Source: Macrostomum hystrix (taxonomy: Eukaryota > Animalia > Platyhelminthes). From it: a stretch of DNA of 64,000 nt. The stretch is taken from positions 9,114,001 through 9,178,000 of the forward strand of contig CATNEN010000038.1 in NCBI GenBank assembly GCA_950097015.1. Direction: 5' to 3'. Positions 60,994 through 64,000 of this stretch are shown here, in pieces; position 1 is the first letter of the stretch, and the number at the start of each line of letters is the position of its first letter. Position numbers and translations under genes: made by a program. The notes under the pieces were generated by a model, which saw nothing but the letters and a program-made list of their open reading frames with translations, made no database searches and had not been told where the DNA came from.

Positions 60994-62599
60994 TCAGTGA
61001 AATCTTCCACTCTCAGCAGCATGCTTGTTAGTGATGACATGGGAATCGGCACTGGCCACTCGCTGTAAAGTTTTCGGTTTTTTGAAGTAGCGCGTCAGTT
61101 TCTTTGCCTCCCGTTACAATGCGATCCCGCGCAGTAGAAGCAGAAAAAGTAAAGCAAGAAATCGATTCTTACCCTGGGCTTGTTGCACTTGATTATTAAA
61201 ACAATTGCTACTCCGATGCCACAGATCAGCACAACAATACCCATTCCGATTCCGACCCAAGCTGCAGGGGATAGGCCAGCACCTGGTCAGGGTTTAAGGC
61301 GGAAGTGTTCAAGTGACTAAAGGTTCTCATAACCTGCCTGTTCAGGTCTATCTTATGTCCACATTCGCTTTCTAGTGTACAGTACGCCCCTGCCACATGG
61401 GAGATCGCACCAAGGTCCTTGAGTTCGATTCCGCACGAGAGTAAGCTTGGGGGCCAACCTCTGAGGCACAGTGAAAGTTTACGCTGCCAGACGATGAGAA
61501 AGTCAGGGGCATATGTACACACCTGTGTGAGCCTGTGTACGGCATCTGTGTGCATGTGCTCAGGGGTCAGCGGAACGGGCAGACTCGTCTACAGAAACTA
61601 AATTATAAATTATAAAAATAAAATAAACGGTAAACGAAGGTATTACCTATTCCAGCAAGAGCTATGTTATCCTGTTTAGTAGCATTTTCTGCCGGCTGCG
61701 GTGATGTCGAGCTGATTGGCTGCGGTGATGTCGAGCTGATTGGCTGCGGGGATGTCGAGCTGATTGGCTGCGGTGATGTCGAGCTGATTGGCTGCGGGGA
61801 TGTCGAGCTGATTGGCTGCGGTGATGTCGAGCTGATTGGCTGCGGTGATGTCGAGCTGATTGGCTGCGAGGATGTCGAGCTGATGTTGGTCGTTCCCTCC
61901 GTGCTTATGTTGCATCTGATTCCTGTTGATAAGGTAATATACAGTGATAAAATATCGACAATGCCCGAGTTTACGAGTGGAGTGATAATTTGCATGCTAG
62001 ACTTGAACAATCGCACATGGGGTGGGCGTCGGGGTGGGCGACAGAGAGAGACGCTCAGCCAATCACGCGAGCACAGGGGTAAGAAACACTGTTTAAGGCA
62101 GGGTGTACCGGCCGAGACGAGAAATTCAAAATTCGATCGCATGTGGAGCCATGATTCACAACAATATAAATGTATTTATTACCCGTGTATCCTTTCGGAC
62201 AAGAGCAGTTGAAAAAGGGATCAGAGTAAATCATTGTGCAGTTGCCACCATTGAGACAGACAGGCAGTGTGTTGATTCCCTTGTCAGGCTGTGTTGTATT
62301 GCAGTAGTTCACAGCCGCAATGCAGTACGGTGCGATGTAGGGCAGCGGGCAGAGGCATGGAGGACTGGCTGTGTAGTTGTTGCAGGTACCGCCATTGTAG
62401 CAGGTGATGGCAGAGCAGTTGGCAGCTGAAGCATATCCAACTGAAACGATTTTCGAGTTACCCGTTTTTGATCAGCAATTAAAGAAAGCTCGATAAAGTC
62501 GTGCGAGACGATTGACACGGTAACAATCGATCACTGACCGAATAAGCAGAGCAGCAGAGCAAGTTCGAGACCTTTTGTACAAACAGATATTGTCGCCAT
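60994..62599 (-). CDS. Type I membrane protein: signal peptide, 2 EGF-like domains, S/T/P mucin-like stalk, transmembrane helix, short tail (paralog 1); 5 exons, ~245 aa
   Basis: Exons 62599-62539 (MATISVCTKGLELALLLCLF), 62425-62183 (EGF-EGF), 61922-61647 (GIRC supplies the 6th Cys; ISSTSPQP x7), 61261-61173 (WVGIGMGIVVLICGIGVAIVLIIKCNKPR), 61062-60994 (RVASADSHVITNKHAAESGRFH*). All GT-AG and phase-consistent; total 738 nt. Confidence 0.85.
61405..61583 (+). mobile_element. SINE family A, degenerate partial copy
   Basis: tcgcaccaaggtcc.tgagttcgattcc, ggccaacctc, gacgatgagaaagtcaggg, gtgctcagg.gtcagcg. Confidence 0.8.
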
Positions 62600-62977
62600 T
62601 AGAAAAACCCAGCAGTTGCTGGGTGGACAAGCGCGACACAAGAAATTAACGAAAAGACAGACTGCTTTGGTTGGGGAAGCAGAAACTTGCAGTATACTGT
62701 TTCCTGGCAGCACGTAGCTACCAATGCATTTCTCTTCAACCCTGAGCTCCCAGTATTGGTTGGGGTTGATGCCTACTGCATATTGGGAGACAATATGGGC
62801 ATTGCTTGACAGCCAATCAATTCTGCTTGGCAGTGTACAGCATTTTGTTACTATTTATTAGAAATTTATTATTAACATCCGTGGAATGCCCGTGGCAGGC
62901 TGAATAGTTGTACTTTTGGCGCTACATGTCTACATGCACAAGTACTCGTACATGGTTTAGGCAGAATTTCATCTGTC

Positions 62978-63009
62978 AGTCTCTCTTTCTGTCTCTTTCT
63001 CTGTCTCTT

Positions 63010-63050
<41 letters not shown>

Positions 63051-63051
63051 T
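62978..63051. repeat. (CT)n-rich microsatellite
   Basis: Directly visible. Confidence 0.85.
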
Positions 63052-63231
63052 AGCAGGATGATGACAGAGCAGTGAAGATGGAAATACAGCAGAGATAAAG
63101 AGATAAATAGGAAAGTGTTCTTTCTCTACCACAATGAAAACATATCAACTAAAGCGCAGCGTCTCAGCTTTATTGCACCCAAACTTTCATCGGTGACGCG
63201 ATGGTTTCACTTACCTTGCGCGCAACAACAA

Positions 63232-63780
63232 CTGATAACAGCTGATAACAGGGTGTGGGTGCTGGAGCTGATAACAGGGTGTGGGTGCTGGAGCTGATAA
63301 CGGGGTGTGGGTGCTGGAGCTGATAACAGGGTGTGGGTGCTGGAGCTGATAACAGGGTGTGGGTGCTGGAGCTGATAACAGGGTGTGGGCGCTGGAGCTG
63401 ATAACAGGGTGTGGGTGCTGGAGCTGATAACAGGGTGTGGGCGCTGGAGCTGATAACAGGGTGTGGGTGCTGGAGCTGATAACAGGGTGTGGGTGCTGGA
63501 GCTGACAACAGGGTGTGGGTGCTGGAGCTGATAACAGGGTGTGGGTGCTGGAGCTGATAACAGGGTGTGGGTGCTGGAGCTGATAACAGGGTGTGGGTGC
63601 TGGAGCTGATAACAGGGTGTGGGTGCTGGAGCTGATAACAGGGTGTGGGTGCTGGAGCTGATAACGGGGTGTGGGTGCTGGAGCTGATAACAGGGTGTGG
63701 GTGCTGGAGCTGATAACAGGGTGTGGGTGCTGGAGCTGATAACAGGGTGTGGGTGCTGGAGCTGACAACAGGGTGTGGGT
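63232..63780. repeat. 26-bp minisatellite (gctggagctgataacagggtgtgggt), ~21 copies
   Basis: Tandem array; unit length is not a multiple of 3. Confidence 0.96.
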
Positions 63781-64000
63781 TGAATTAATTGGCTAGAATT
63801 TAAACGAGCCCATAGAAAAACACAAAGCGGGAAGAACTGGCTCACACTGCTAAATATTATTCATGGAAGAAGATTCAATAGTCTATGGTAGAAGACAAAA
63901 CCAGAAGACGTTGTCTTGCATAAAAACTACAAACAATGATCGTCAAAATTATAGACAATGAACTCAGCTTTTAAAAAATTTGCCCTCCTGCAGTAAATAA

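Noticed and set aside
63211-63241. Strong minus-strand donor AAG|GTAAGT with a 17-27-nt candidate microexon
   Set aside because: Cannot be linked in phase to the EGF gene, which has its own ATG/signal exon; could be a 5'-UTR exon but unsupported.

Overview
Eukaryotic genomic DNA with GT-AG introns. It is very likely from a free-living flatworm such as Macrostomum; this is an inference from the Schistosoma-like myosin N-terminus [20 protein letters not shown] and the extreme minisatellite load. Spliced gene models were built by hand and checked for reading-frame phase: a calmodulin-like gene (+), a divergent Lbx/ladybird homeobox gene (-), DIP2 (+, 9 exons, ~1790 aa), a kinase-less protein with two PAK-type PBD/CRIB-like modules (-), a 3-exon gene with a degenerate ParB/sulfiredoxin-like domain (-), a complete striated-muscle-type myosin II heavy chain (-, 21 coding exons, 1954 aa, CArG box upstream) and two paralogous signal peptide + EGF-EGF genes (-). 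About 20 kb (~30%) consists of ~25 mostly unrelated tandem arrays with 11-57 bp units, usually intronic and close to splice sites; they produce most of the long repetitive ORFs in the track. Two tRNA-headed SINE families are dispersed through the window. Most interesting leads: a possible secreted ~785-aa (THTTDNTC)n protein encoded by one array; the kinase-less tandem PBD protein; an intronic array complementary to its own 5' splice site; TCAGG enrichment across unrelated arrays; and an HDV-ribozyme-like core in SINE family A. None of this has been checked against databases or transcripts.
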